A DNA stretch of 64,000 nucleotides from Amoebophrya sp. A120 (taxonomy: Eukaryota; Protista; Dinoflagellata). Location: positions 8,702,882 to 8,766,881 of the forward strand of contig CAJINV010000004.1 in assembly GCA_905178155.1 (NCBI GenBank), written 5' to 3'. Numbering within the stretch: position 1 is the first letter of the stretch; each line of letters starts with the position of its first letter. Position numbers and translations under genes: made by a program. Below, one piece after another: positions 1 through 11,435 of the stretch. Below the pieces are notes generated by a model. It was not told where the DNA came from. It did no database searches and saw nothing but the letters and a program-made list of their open reading frames with translations.

Positions 1-47
1 TTAACTTTGATTTTATATTTAAGTTATCACTTTTATCAAGTTTTATA

Positions 48-478
48 TATACGGAACGTTAGAATCGCATCTCAAGTCGATAAAAACTTGATCATTGACT
101 TCCACCGAACACGCATGCTACTGCGAAAAACAAACAAGAACTCCCCGAGACGTCACATCATGATTTTTTGCGTTTTTTCTTCTTTTTCATCATCACAATG
201 TTGAGGTAAACGAGAGCATTCGGAGCGGTTCGATATTTCTTGTCGCCTACCGCGAGCTTCTTTCAGCGCGACAACCTCAACTACGAACCGGGAAGTTTTG
301 TTTTTTCATTCAACGAAACTCGTTGCAGCAAGTCTGTCATGCACGAATGACAGGAAACGCACCTGAAAACGGAACGCATATACGAAAAGCTGCATCTTTT
401 TCAAAAAGCCAAACAGTTGTACGAAATTGAAAAAAGAAAAACGTAAGACATATTTCCGAGCTTCGTCAGCGACAAGTT
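48..478. repeat. Direct terminal repeat (pseudo-LTR) of the PLE, copy 1
   Basis: tatacggaacgttagaatcg...gtcagcgacaagtt recurs at 4654-5084 (offset 4606) with a few substitutions. Confidence 0.95.
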
Positions 479-956
479 GAACAAAAACATCTTTTTCGTT
501 TGGCAAGCAACAGCATCTGTTTATTTTTCTCCAGACTACAAAACTTATATCTTCATCTTCATCATCCCCTTCTTTACATCCTCTTCCAGTTTTTCAAATT
601 CTCCTCTGCACTTCGGCAGGTGTCGTTCGTTTGCGTTCAAACCGGAATAACAAATCCCAATTCGGTTTTACGGGTGGGTGGAAAAAGAACAGGCAGATGA
701 TCACTGGAGAGCCGTGCGCTGTACTCCAAAATGGACTGGTCGTGTGGATCATCGTCACCAGGTAGTTGCTAGTCCTTCACCCCTGTATTCCCGATCCGGT
801 TCGTCAAAAATAAATCTTCACTGTCAACTTCGATCTCTACACTTACATCCTGCTTCCTTACCGTCGTACTTAGTTTACATCAACACTGCGCGTGGTACCA
901 TCGTGGAATCACTGCACATCATTTCCTTGCAACCAGAATTACATCGGTCATTGCAA

Positions 957-3900
957 CTAAAAACTGTCTTCGAGGATGTAAATGCTGGAGATGAAGTCGA
1001 TCGCCTCGGCCTTGATGTGCATCCTCCATGTCTCCGCCTGGGGATGCCCGTTGTCGATCCGTCGCTGCTCACACGCATCCGCATCACCCTGCGGGACCAG
1101 TGCGTAGATGCATCGCAGTTCCGGCATCGTCAACTCCGCCATCTTGTCCACCGCGGGCTCGTCGTCGTCCTTCCAGCTGATGCGGTTGATCATGCTGATA
1201 GTCATGTAGCGCGACAATTTCTCCTTGTCGCAGGTGTCGTCCTCGTGCTGCCGGAATTCATCCGGCGCGATGTTGAAGTTCTGCGGCACCTGGTGGTTGT
1301 TGTTCATGCTGTTGTTGGCGGGGCCGTTCTGGTTGTTCATGTTGTTGTTGTTGTTGTTTTTCGGATTGATCGGAATGTTGTTCGCGCGCATCTGCGCCTG
1401 CTGGTTCTCCAGCACCTGCCGCAGGAGGTCGTCGCTGTTGTCGAAGCGGCGATTGACTGTGTCGAAACGCCGGTCGACATCGGTACGGAAGGTTTTTAAA
1501 TCCTTCACGTCGGCCTTCAAGGCCGCGATATCCTCACGCTCCTGCTGGGTGAGGCCAGATGCGGGGGCAGTAGCAGTAGTACTAGTAGTAGTGGTCGGGG
1601 CGCTGTTCGTGGTGGGGTGGTCACACTCGCCACGAATTCCGGTCCGTATCATCTCGGTGCACTTCACCAGGCACTGCTCCTGTGCTTCGAACCACTTGCG
1701 ATCGGCTTCCTTCTTCTGGTGCTGTTTCCAGTTGTAGCGGTCCTGCATCTCCTCAAACTCGTCAAAGGTCAACTTGTTGCCCTTGCCGTAGTTGTTGTTG
1801 TTGCGCCAGGGCTGTTTCCCTGTGTTCTCGTTCGGGCCGCCCATCTCGATAAATTTGAGAACTTGCAAAGAAACTTTTACAGCCGGATTTTTCGACAATG
1901 TCGGGGCAGCATACAAATACTGCCGAAGTGTGGAAGCTTGGAATCGTTGAACCCACTTGAAGTTCGTCACTGTTAGTTGCTCTACTAGCACGCTCGTCTC
2001 GCTGTTCGTATTGATCAATCTTTGTACTGTTGCTGTGTAACACGCTCGGGCATAACTCAAATCCTCACTGTTGTACGGGACTCGCTGTTTTTGCATAGAG
2101 TTACTCACGCGCAACTCTACCGCTTCTAGACAGTGCGCGTTGATCACCTCGTTGCGCATGTCCAGCCACGTCACTGCTACTGATGATCTCTCCACGTTTT
2201 CAAACGGCACGGAGTACACAGATCGCGTATTTTGGGACAGACACTCTTCGCATAGCGTAAAACTGATGCCAAAGCAGTCGTCTACGTATCTCTTCCGCCT
2301 GGTGATGTCTCCGACTAGTAACGGGGATGGGCTCAGGTAGGCCCTGTGCTCGTCGCCGCATAAGGTTACAGATGCGACAACTTTACTGTTGATCCCGCCA
2401 ATCGGCGACCCTACCCCCGGCGGGAGGGCGTACACGGTGTCCGAACCGACCTGAAAATAGCGCAATGCTGGAACTACTCCTCTGAGAGTGTCGATCACTT
2501 GTTTCGGTGTTTTATTTTTAAAGCGCGCGACTTTATCACCTTCGGTCAGCTCTTCTAGGTCGTCACATCTTTCGAAAAAACTCTCGTGCGGGATCTTCTC
2601 AAAAAACGAAGTGGCGTCCTCGCAGGTCATGCTGACGAGTGACTTGGGTTTTCCGCAGCAAATACAGACGTCCGGGCGGTAGGCCTTGCCTTGCTTTTTT
2701 GCTTCTGCTTTCATTTCTGCAAACATCTGCAAAAGTTCGTCCTTCGCCTTGGAGAGGTCGTTGCATTCGTTGTGGTGCTTGAATCGTTTCTGGATGAAAG
2801 CCGAGACCTCCCAGTTGAGTTTACGCAACCGCAACCGGTTCGGTCCCTTGATCGCGGTGATCATAGAAACGATTTTTCGCCAGTGGTTGTGTCCGGAGTC
2901 TATTGTCTTCGTGCAAACAAGCTGGCCGTCCTTGATGCACTTATTTTTCAGGGAAGGATAGAAGTACGGTAGGGAGGTGATGGGCTTCAATGGTATTGGG
3001 AGGCTGGTTAGTTGTTTGTTGATTTCGGCTAAAACTACTGACGTGGGACGCGGCTCGGGCACCATGTCCGAGCGGGCTGCTAAGACTAAGATATTCAGAA
3101 ACTCACAGCGGGGCAATGTGTAGAAGTTGTCGCGTGACTTGTCATCCGTTACCGGTACATGATCCGGGGGAGGACACTCCTGCACAAACCGCCGAAAGGC
3201 CTGGGAATCTTTGCCAAACCCGACCAAACATCCCTCCTGCTCTTTTGACAGCCACTGCGGCGTGACTGTTGCTTTCTTCCTTTTACAGAAGGAGCGGAGG
3301 CGCGTCAACTGTTGGAACAAAAACTGGTTGCTGACTGGGGGCATCGTGCTACTCAGGATGCCCTGGGAGTCGTGTCGGAAGGTGCTGTAGTTCGGTTCGC
3401 GTGGTTGGACGTTTTTCAAACTCGCGCGGCGGGCTACGCGTACGGCCTGTAACAACATTTCTCGCATGCGTGGCTTGGGTAGCTGTACGAAGGACAGGGA
3501 TCGTAACAAAAAACGGCGGCACTCGATTTCGGACCTTGCTAGGGCCTTCCTCAATGCAACCGCGAGGGCCTTGCGTTCGTGCTCGTACCGCCAATAAATG
3601 CGGGCTCGTTCGCATGTCGGCAGACCCATCAAATTCATCACGAATTTGACCTTTCTTCGTGCTCGCGTGCGCAGCAAATTCGACAAATTCGCTGAAACTA
3701 CTCGGAGGATTTTAAATTCCGGGAATCGGGTGGGGTGTGCGTTGCGGCGTAACGACAGGACGTCTAGGTCGTGCGTGCGTTCTCTTTTTCGCCCGTCCTT
3801 AATCGTTAGCCATTTGGCGAGTAGTACGTAGTTGCTGGGGTGGTATATGTTCAGTGGCGCTGGTAGTTTCTTGGCAAAGATGGAGTATGCTGTGGGGAAA

Positions 3901-4577
3901 TTTGCTTTCCGTATCTCCTGGCGCAGCTGGTGTCGCTGCGAGTTGCGTGTGGCTAGGATGAACGCAGTAGAAACTGCGTGGTCGTTGGGGCTAGTTGTGT
4001 GCTTTTTCTGTCGCTGGTGCTTTGGTGGCCTGCGCCGCCTCCCTCTGGCGCGCTGGCACGGGGCTATTATTTCGCTAGAATTTGGCATGTCCTGCAAGAT
4101 TTCTTTGGGAAGTTGCATGCGGTTCGAATCTTCGTGGTTGTTGTGTACTTTGTTCATGGCAGGGCTGTAGGTTGCAATGAGGTACCGCTCGACTGCACGC
4201 ATGTGGTCGATTGGTCCGTGGCGAAGGGTGAGAAAATACAGGGCGCGACTGGATCGAAACTTTTCACGTTTTTCAAACTTTCGGAGATGCTCGGTCCACC
4301 TCGTGAGCGGTTCTCGCTCCGTTGATCCCAAATAAAAATTCCAAGAATTGTCAAAAATTAGGTAACAAACGCCGTCCGTTTTGCATGTTCCCGTTTGCTG
4401 TCCATGCTGCTGAAGCTGGAACAGGCTGGAACGGGGTCGGTGCTGGGCCTCGAAGAGACGGTAGATGCGCTCGGCTTTTCGCTTTCCCGCGTGTACTGCG
4501 TCCAGCAACCTGTTGGCCGCCAGAGTTGTCAAAGCGGTGTACCGGGTCACCCATCTCGTCGCCTTCCGGATTGCCAT
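957..4577 (-). CDS. PLE polyprotein: GIY-YIG endonuclease + reverse transcriptase + Asn-rich/coiled-coil C-terminal extension
   Basis: 1206-aa ORF; GVCYLIF...FYLGST...RWTEH (GIY-YIG); RT motifs EDATSFFEKI, GSPIGG, RYVDDCF, WLDM. Confidence 0.85.
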   Translation of the reverse strand: MAIRKATRWVTRYTALTTLAANRLLDAVHAGKRKAERIYRLFEAQHRPRSSLFQLQQHGQQTGTCKTDGVCYLIFDNSWNFYLGSTEREPLTRWTEHLRKFEKREKFRSSRALYFLTLRHGPIDHMRAVERYLIATYSPAMNKVHNNHEDSNRMQLPKEILQDMPNSSEIIAPCQRARGRRRRPPKHQRQKKHTTSPNDHAVSTAFILATRNSQRHQLRQEIRKANFPTAYSIFAKKLPAPLNIYHPSNYVLLAKWLTIKDGRKRERTHDLDVLSLRRNAHPTRFPEFKILRVVSANLSNLLRTRARRKVKFVMNLMGLPTCERARIYWRYEHERKALAVALRKALARSEIECRRFLLRSLSFVQLPKPRMREMLLQAVRVARRASLKNVQPREPNYSTFRHDSQGILSSTMPPVSNQFLFQQLTRLRSFCKRKKATVTPQWLSKEQEGCLVGFGKDSQAFRRFVQECPPPDHVPVTDDKSRDNFYTLPRCEFLNILVLAARSDMVPEPRPTSVVLAEINKQLTSLPIPLKPITSLPYFYPSLKNKCIKDGQLVCTKTIDSGHNHWRKIVSMITAIKGPNRLRLRKLNWEVSAFIQKRFKHHNECNDLSKAKDELLQMFAEMKAEAKKQGKAYRPDVCICCGKPKSLVSMTCEDATSFFEKIPHESFFERCDDLEELTEGDKVARFKNKTPKQVIDTLRGVVPALRYFQVGSDTVYALPPGVGSPIGGINSKVVASVTLCGDEHRAYLSPSPLLVGDITRRKRYVDDCFGISFTLCEECLSQNTRSVYSVPFENVERSSVAVTWLDMRNEVINAHCLEAVELRVSNSMQKQRVPYNSEDLSYARACYTATVQRLINTNSETSVLVEQLTVTNFKWVQRFQASTLRQYLYAAPTLSKNPAVKVSLQVLKFIEMGGPNENTGKQPWRNNNNYGKGNKLTFDEFEEMQDRYNWKQHQKKEADRKWFEAQEQCLVKCTEMIRTGIRGECDHPTTNSAPTTTTSTTATAPASGLTQQEREDIAALKADVKDLKTFRTDVDRRFDTVNRRFDNSDDLLRQVLENQQAQMRANNIPINPKNNNNNNMNNQNGPANNSMNNNHQVPQNFNIAPDEFRQHEDDTCDKEKLSRYMTISMINRISWKDDDEPAVDKMAELTMPELRCIYALVPQGDADACEQRRIDNGHPQAETWRMHIKAEAIDFISSIYILEDSF

Positions 4578-4653
4578 GCCAGTCGTCCGCTTGGCCGGTG
4601 TTATACTCCGCCGCCGTTGGTCTTGTTTCGTACCCGGAATCGGCAGGAGTGGT

Positions 4654-5084
4654 TATACGGAACGTTAGAATCGCATCTCAAGTCGATAAAAACTTGATCA
4701 TTGACTTCCACCGAACACGCATGCTACTGCGAAAAACAAACAAGAATTCCCCGAGACGTCACATCATGATTTTTTGCGTTTTTTCTTCTTTTTCATCATC
4801 ACAATGTTGAGGTAAACGAGAGCATTCGGAGCGGTTCGATATTTCTTGTCGCCTACCGCGAGCTTCTTTCAGCGCGACAACCTCAACTACGAACCGGGAA
4901 ATTTTGTTTTTTCATTCAACGAAACTCGTTGCAGCAAGTCTGTCATGCACGAATGACAGGAAACGCACCTGAAAACGGAACGCATATACGAAAAGCTGCA
5001 TCTTTTTCAAAAAACCAAACAGTTGTACGAAATTGAAAAAAGAAAAACGTAAGACATATTTCCGAGCTTCGTCAGCGACAAGTT
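4654..5084. repeat. Direct terminal repeat (pseudo-LTR) of the PLE, copy 2
   Basis: Matches 48-478. Confidence 0.95.
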
Positions 5085-5546
5085 ATATATATTTTTTACG
5101 CATCATTTTTTTATTATCTTTTTTGATGTTTTGCAGGAGGAAGTGCGAAAAAGCTGTGGAAACATCTGCCGCTTAAAGTAGCTCACGGTAGGGCAGTGCA
5201 TCGAAATAAAGATGTAGGCTGAACCGTTGCGAAAGCTCTCAACGTCTTCACAGCAGCACAGGGAAAGACCAGAAAAAACCAAAAAAGCAAAAAACAGCTC
5301 CTGCATTCGGCTGCAGATGCATTTCTTCTTCTACTCGCGGCGTTGTTCAGGAACCAAAAAAATCGTCTTCACATGATTCGCTGAGATCCTAACACTGTCG
5401 CATTTTTTAGTTTTTATTATTCTTATTTTTATTTAATAAAAGGTAGTAAGTAGTAAGAGACCGGTACGCGCTGAGGCCCAGATTTTTTAACACGGCGGCA
5501 CGCTGAAGGTTGCTATTTTTGCGTCGAGCATACCGTCGGGGAAAAC

Positions 5547-5925
5547 AGGGGGCCCCCGCCTCCCGCCCTTTCGTCCGCTGGGTATCCTCCCCACAGGGGG
5601 GCCCCCGTCCCCGGCTCCTGCCCTCCCGCCCGCTGGGTATCCTCCCCACAGGGGGGCCCCCGCCTCCCGGCCCACCCGCAAGGGGGCCCCCGCCGGCCTC
5701 CCTCTTTCACTGGCCACGCGCAGGGGGCCCCCGCCTCCTTGCCCGCCCCCCCCCGCACGCCCTTTCGCCCGGTGGGAATCGCGCCTGCAGGGGGGGCCCC
5801 CCGGCTCCCGCCCTCCCGGCCGCTGGGTACCGTGCCTGGAGGGGGGCCCCAGCCCCCGCCGCCCTCTTTGCCCACAAGGGGGCCCCACCTCCCTGCCGCC
5901 CCCACTCGAAGGGGGCCCCCACTCC
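5547..5925. repeat. Array of GGGGGCCCCC palindromic motifs
   Basis: About nine G4-7/C4-5 palindromes at roughly 30-65 bp spacing. Confidence 0.85.
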
Positions 5926-7014
5926 CGCCCTAGCAGGTCCGGAACGGGCCTCCGCCTTCGTAGTTACCTGACTCCCGGGAAGGTAGGGGAAAGCTTGGGG
6001 AGGCCTCTCCGTCACGCCCAGCTTTGGGGAAAAGAGGCGGCCTGCCCTAGCCTTTGGGGCTTAGGGCCGGCTGCCTTGGTGGCCTACGTAGGTACTCCGC
6101 CCGCGTTTGGCCGCGGGCACGCAGGGAGCCGCCCGCGTGCGGCGCGCCTGGCTTCCGGGCCGCCCGCCTTGGTGGTTCGTTGGGCGGGGGGGGGCGGGTG
6201 TTGTGGGTGGCCCGCTGGTTTGCCATCTTGTTTGGTAGGGGGGGGAACTTCAGCTATTGTGCCCGCGGGCCTCAGACCGGACCTAACCAGTGCGGGGCTT
6301 TTGTTGAACACAGCTATTGTGCCCGCGGGCCTCACCACGGACCTAACCATTGCGCCGCTTGCTTCTGTTGGGCGCCTGGCCGGTCCCCTCGTTGGTGACT
6401 GTTCTGGGGGTGTTCCGCTCGTCCGCCCGAGGGGCCGCAACCGCAGGGCCCGAGCCGTAAGGCAGAGTGGCGGGGAACAAGGCCCATCACACTGGGGCGC
6501 CCGCGCGCGGCGGCGGTGGACGGGCCCCAAAGCGTCCCCAACAGTAGCGCTGTGGCGCGGGCCGAAGGGAAACGAAAGAGAGGCGCAGCGGCAATACTGC
6601 CCGCGCGCGCCATCACATTCCCGGAAGCGGAGCCGTGATACTCGGGCGGGCGTGCCGAGGAAGTTCGCGACGCACGGCGGTGCTGGTTGTGGGTTGGTTG
6701 TCAAGTTGGCTCGTTGGCAATGCGTCAGTTTTCAAGTTGGTTGCCAATACGCCCGAACGAAAACTCAACTGACAACCAACAACAACCAACCGAAGAGGAG
6801 ACACCGCCGACATGCGCATGCCCATTCTCAGCGCGACACAGTGGGCACATCCCCCACATGCGCAGCAGCCAGCGTGCGCGCGCTGGAAATACTGCCCACA
6901 TGCGCCAGCGCTGTCCCGCGTGGAAGTTGGGAAACCGGGCGCGCCGTGGTTCGCACAACAAAACTGCCGAAGTTGAGCGATTAGCACAAGTCGAATCGAA
7001 ACACGACCCATACC

Positions 7015-7320
7015 GCCCTGGTTCGGCGCAAAGTGTAGGGATAGTTGCGCGGCGAGTTGCACCGTGCAACTTGCCGTGCAACTCGGGCCATACCATCGCG
7101 ATTCGCAACGCAAAACGTGCAAAAGTTGCACGAGTTGCACAGGTTTCCGGGAAATCTCGGAAGGGCCATACAATCCTGGTTCTGCGCGAAGTGTTGTGAT
7201 AGTTGCACGGCGAGTTGCACCGTGCAACTCGCCGTGCAACTCGGCCGTACCGTCGTGATTCGCAGCAAAAACGTGCAAAAGTTGCACGAGTTGCACAAGT
7301 TCCCGGGAAATCTCGGAAGG
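7015..7320. repeat. Tandem duplication (~158-bp period) with gttgcac/gtgcaac palindromic motifs
   Basis: gagttgcaccgtgcaact...aaaacgtgcaaaagttgcacgagttgcac...gaaatctcggaagg present twice. Confidence 0.8.
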
Positions 7321-7829
7321 CGAAAACTCCGGGACCCCGGAAAGAGGTGAAGAACAGCAAAGCGAGCGGATTGGAAATCCGTGCTGCCACGAATTTCCAA
7401 TCCGCATGGTATGGTGGGCGTTGGCCAGTAGAATTGCTATGCTTCCATAGCCTAAAAAAAGGCGCTCCACGAGGGCACCGCGCCCGGGTATATACGCAAG
7501 GTTTGACCCCAATCAGGGTGCTACGATGGATTTTTCTGGGCCTCAGCGCGTACCGTTCTGGAAAATTATAGTAATAATCACTTTAAAAATTTTTTACTAT
7601 TAATTCCACGCTATGATTTTTTGATGACGGCTTTATTCTCGTACGGTGGAGGACTCCTTCTACCGATGTATTTTGTCATCAAGCTTGCCATCATACACTA
7701 GAGCATCAGTTCACCATACATGAATGGACATCAAATAAACCACTGCACAAGAAAAGGTTCTGCGAAGTAAAAACCCCCTTCATCTCTACCACCGGATGGC
7801 AAGTGGAGGTAGTTCTAGTTCTAGAAATA

Positions 7830-8476
7830 GTTTTCGCGCTTTGACAGTACTAATTTCTCCACGACAGGTACTACCATGTGGACGCAGTACAAGGACCGAC
7901 ATCGAGATCTAGATCTACCTTCGCAAAAAGCCGAAATAAAAAAATAACAAAAAACGACTTTCATTTTTCGACGACGCCTCGGCACTGGACAGCCGGCACG
8001 GCGAGAGAGGGGTTTGGTCAAGATGGAAGTGAAAAAATCCAAAATAAAAATTCAATAATCGTAAGAAAAATTATGTATGTCACTGTTTGTCCGAAAATGT
8101 TTCACGTCTAGCGCCTTGGTGCTAGAAAAAGTTTGTTGAGATGAAGATGATGGAAAAGTTGGACTTGTAATGATCTTCCCGCGCTGATCACCATCACTAA
8201 CGCTTGAATTTGGCAAAAATGGGTCCTCAGGAAAATGCTGAAGGTAGCGCACGGCAATCTCGTGCGGAATTTCCAGACGCATTACAAATCTGACGCTTTT
8301 TGCTTTTTCAAAAAACCAGTGACAGGACATAAAGCAGCAGTCACAGCTAGAGCTGTGCAGTTTTTCTTTTTACCGCATTGCAAGTCCGATGCTCCCCGTC
8401 GTCTTTTGTGCGTGTAAGCGAAGATCTTGCACCTTGTTTCTTGGAATGTAAAAGTGAGAATATACGTCTCCAGTAA
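7830..8476. mobile_element. 647-bp insertion with 9-bp target-site duplication
   Basis: Flanked by ctagaaata (7821-7829 and 8477-8485); the paralogous flank at ~14257 has one ctagaaata and no insert. Confidence 0.65.
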
Positions 8477-8760
8477 CTAGAAATAATTCTGTGATAGACA
8501 AAAACCAAAACGTTCGAAGGCTGCGCAATGCGTCGACTCTGATTTTTTGTTCAGGAGCTCAACCTGCAACCATTTCGAAGAGGTGTGGTGTTGAAATTCA
8601 AATTGCGTTCGCGATGGAAGGTTCTTGTAAAATGAAACGATCTCCATGGGTTCGTCATCGTCTCGGGGCACGAATTAAAATTGAATGATGTTTATGCGTG
8701 GCCTGGGCTTCTGCACCTTGTTCCAAAAATAGATACTTCAGGCACAATCGGTGTAGAAGT

Positions 8761-11435
8761 TCACTGTAGATACTCTTCCCACATGGCCAACAGCTCGTCG
8801 ATCTTTTCCTTGGTAACGTGCTCCATGGTAAAGACGTGGATGTGCGCGTGCTTGTTCGCTTTGTCCTTGCTGGTCACCTGCACATACTCGGGGAAGGGCG
8901 CCAGATGGAACTTTCGGAACAGCTCCTTCGGCGGGAGGGGGCACATGACGCACATCACGCCCGGCGGGTGCCACGCGTCAAAGGGAAGCGCGTTTTTCCA
9001 CAAATTGATTTTTCTTGTACAAGATGTATTTGAGTCATTTTCGCCGTGGTGCCTCCTCTTGTTCAACTCCGAAACGAAATAATCCGCGGTTTCCAGGCAC
9101 TTCCTCGTTCTTTCCACCATGTTTTCGAAGAAATTCTTTTCCATCAACTCCTTCAGCACGATGAAGGGCGCTAGCCCGTTCCGGGACCCCGTCAACGTGG
9201 TGTCCGGCGAGCCGATCTCAACTGCAAATATGTCTGGGTCTGGAAACTTGTGGTGCTGACAGTTGCAACACAGGATGGCCGCTTGTACGGTATAACAGCA
9301 TGAGAAGCTTTCCTCGGCTTCTTCTGCATTCATTCGTAAATAAGTAGCACGACAAACTGTCTTCCAGCACGACAAAAAAAATCGCAAATCCTCTTCATGC
9401 ATCACAGATCCAGCTGTCCTTCAAATTTCGCATCACAAATCCAGACCCAGACATATTTGCAATGCATAGCCGATGTAAGCCACGTAGTGGTGCTCCCGCA
9501 TCTCCTTCATGCGGCACTGCCGCAGCAAGTAGATCGAGCAGGGGAACGGCGTCCCCAAGCGCTTGTGGAAACTCGTGGCCTGGGAATCGACGAGCTCGTT
9601 GCTCACGTCGCAGTCTTTGTAATAAACCCGGCCTTCCAGAACGTCATGGCTCCTCTCAGTCTCGTCGCCCGTGGAACTTGCGTCGCGAGCTTGCCTCGCG
9701 CGCGCGCGTCGCGTCTGCGTCGCGTTGCGACGCGCGCAGGCGCGCGCCTGCGCAACGCGCCAGCGCGACGCAGCAGCAGCAGACAGCAAAGTGTCTACCT
9801 CTTGCCGCGGCCCAACATGCAGTTCGGCTTCTCGCGTAGACGTTTTTGCATTCAAGAACGGCGTGATAAATCCCCCGAGGGCTGCGTCCAGGTGGATGAA
9901 AACCCGGTTCCGCTTTAACTGCAAATCCTTGTAGAGCACTTCCGCCAGTGCCGTTACGTCGTCGATCGCGCCCGTGCGGACGGACCCGCTGCACGCAACC
10001 AGGATAAAGGCCGGGGTGAAGGACGGGTGCTTTTTCTGCTGCGCAGCAGAAGTCGCAGAACAAACTCCAGTGTCACCGGCAACTCCAGGGTCAGAAGTCG
10101 TACAACAAACTCCATGATTCGGCAACCAACCACCAGCCGCGGAAGCCTTCTCCTGCACTTTTCGTATTACAATGAAAAATGCCCCCACCCCCGAACTTGA
10201 AAGCATTTGGATTGCAAACTTTTCCAAATGAAACATTCGCCCTCTTGCGTGTATCAGCATCACAGATTTCCGATCGTGAATGGCAAAAATTTGTATTGCA
10301 AACGATCCCAGCAAGAGCGGCGCCTGTCATGCAAGCGATGCAAAACACGACTAGAATCTGCATCAGAAAGATTCACGCTCCTTTCATGCATGACAAAAAG
10401 TTTTCATTTGGAAACTTCGCATCACAAATTTTTGCAATTTCAGGGGTGGGGGGCATTTTTCACTGTGATATTTCGCCGCAGGTCTTCCGGGTCCATCCGG
10501 CCCTCCGCGTCCACCTCGACCAGCAAAGCCTCCACGCCCACCAGGTCGGCGGCTTTGGTGACGCTGTAGTGCGAGTCCGCCGCGCAGAGGCAGAAGATAC
10601 GCAGCGGGGGACGCGCTGAGGCAGAAGATACGATCGCTGAGAGATCGGAAGACTTAATAGTAGTTGTACTAGTTTTCATCTTTTCTTCTTCAACATCTTC
10701 TCCTTCCTGTTGCCACATTTGCTGCAGCCAGCGGCGCGCGTTGTAGATCGCAAAGATGTTGGACTCCGACGAGCCGTGGGTAATGTACCCCCAGAACCTT
10801 TCCGGGTCCACCCGGTACAGCATTTTACACAGCAAGTTGATGGCCTGCACCTCCTCGTCAAATGTTTGTACGTACGCGTTTTTGCCCGTGTACGGGTCCC
10901 CCAAGTTGTTGCAGCAGTTGCCCAACAGGGGCCAGTACTTGGTTAAATCGTGCACGTCCATATTCATTTGGATGCCGAGGCAGTTTTTGCTCTCGGCAAC
11001 GTTTTTTTCGTAAAACTTGGTTGCAGACGGGTCGGCGGCGGGAGGTGTTCGTGAGAGCCGGTCGCGCTGCTCATCGCCCGGCTGCTTGGTACTAGTATCC
11101 CCGACTACTTCGCGGGCCTGGTCGGCAGTGCCAGTAAACAGGATAGCATTACCATTGCTGGTAGCGCAGCAACCTTTTGCCTCGTCCCCGTCGTTCATTT
11201 CATCGAGGTCGCAGGCAGCTTCTAAGGCACATTCCATGGGCGAGACGGTAGAGTCCGTCTTACGCAGCGTGAAGAAATTTCGACGCTTCAGCATGAATCC
11301 ACTCGAGGACACCAATTTGCCCCCAGTGAATTTTCCTCCCTTCATCTTGTCGCCCTGCTCTCCGAGGGGCTTGGACGAAGGGGCGGACTCGTCGTCGTTT
11401 TTCCGATTAGTGATTTTTGTTTTTGTGTTTTTCAT
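8761..11435 (-). CDS. Group II PLP-dependent decarboxylase (serine/histidine decarboxylase-like), copy 1; two non-canonical introns; start uncertain
   Basis: NNLGDPY, WGYITHGSSESN, SHYSVTKAA, GAIDD, IHLDAALGG, SFHK (PLP lysine), YIGSPDTTLTGSRNG; frame is restored after removing inserts 9216-9468 and 10165-10470 plus one direct repeat each. Confidence 0.88.
9216..9468 (-). mobile_element. Inverted-repeat introner (family I) acting as intron; also at 14978-15230 and 20740-20992
   Basis: 22-bp IR tgcaaatatgtctgggtctgga / tccagacccagacatatttgca; gccga direct repeat; absent from paralog 4; contains an in-frame stop. Confidence 0.9.
10165..10470 (-). mobile_element. Inverted-repeat introner (family II) acting as intron; also at 15927-16232 and 21689-21994
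   Basis: IR tattacaatgaaaaatgcccccacccc / ggggtggggggcatttttcactgtgata; tttcg direct repeat; absent from paralog 4 (28508-28520). Confidence 0.9.

Larger units (their letters stand above)
48..5084 (-). mobile_element. Penelope-like retroelement (PLE) with N-terminal GIY-YIG endonuclease (Chlamys/Naiad-type domain order)
   Basis: Single EN-RT ORF flanked by near-identical direct repeats 48-478 and 4654-5084; (TA)n on both outer sides (tatatat / atatatat). Confidence 0.8.
5462..7555. mobile_element. Putative non-autonomous inverted-repeat element, GC-rich, non-coding
   Basis: Perfect 21-bp inverted repeat cggtacgcgctgaggcccaga (5462-5482) / tctgggcctcagcgcgtaccg (7535-7555); sharp AT-to-GC transitions at both ends; no clear TSD. 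Confidence 0.6.

Noticed and set aside
440-478. Hammerhead ribozyme in the PLE repeat (minus strand CTGACGA...GAAA)
   Set aside because: Core-like words are present but I could not build stems I and III; a covariance-model search is needed
5487-7571. Many overlapping Pro/Gly/Arg-rich ORFs
   Set aside because: Expected by chance in very GC-rich repetitive DNA; no domain motifs
8761-10314. Decarboxylase as a fragmented pseudogene
   Set aside because: Every break coincides with an introner whose removal restores conserved motifs
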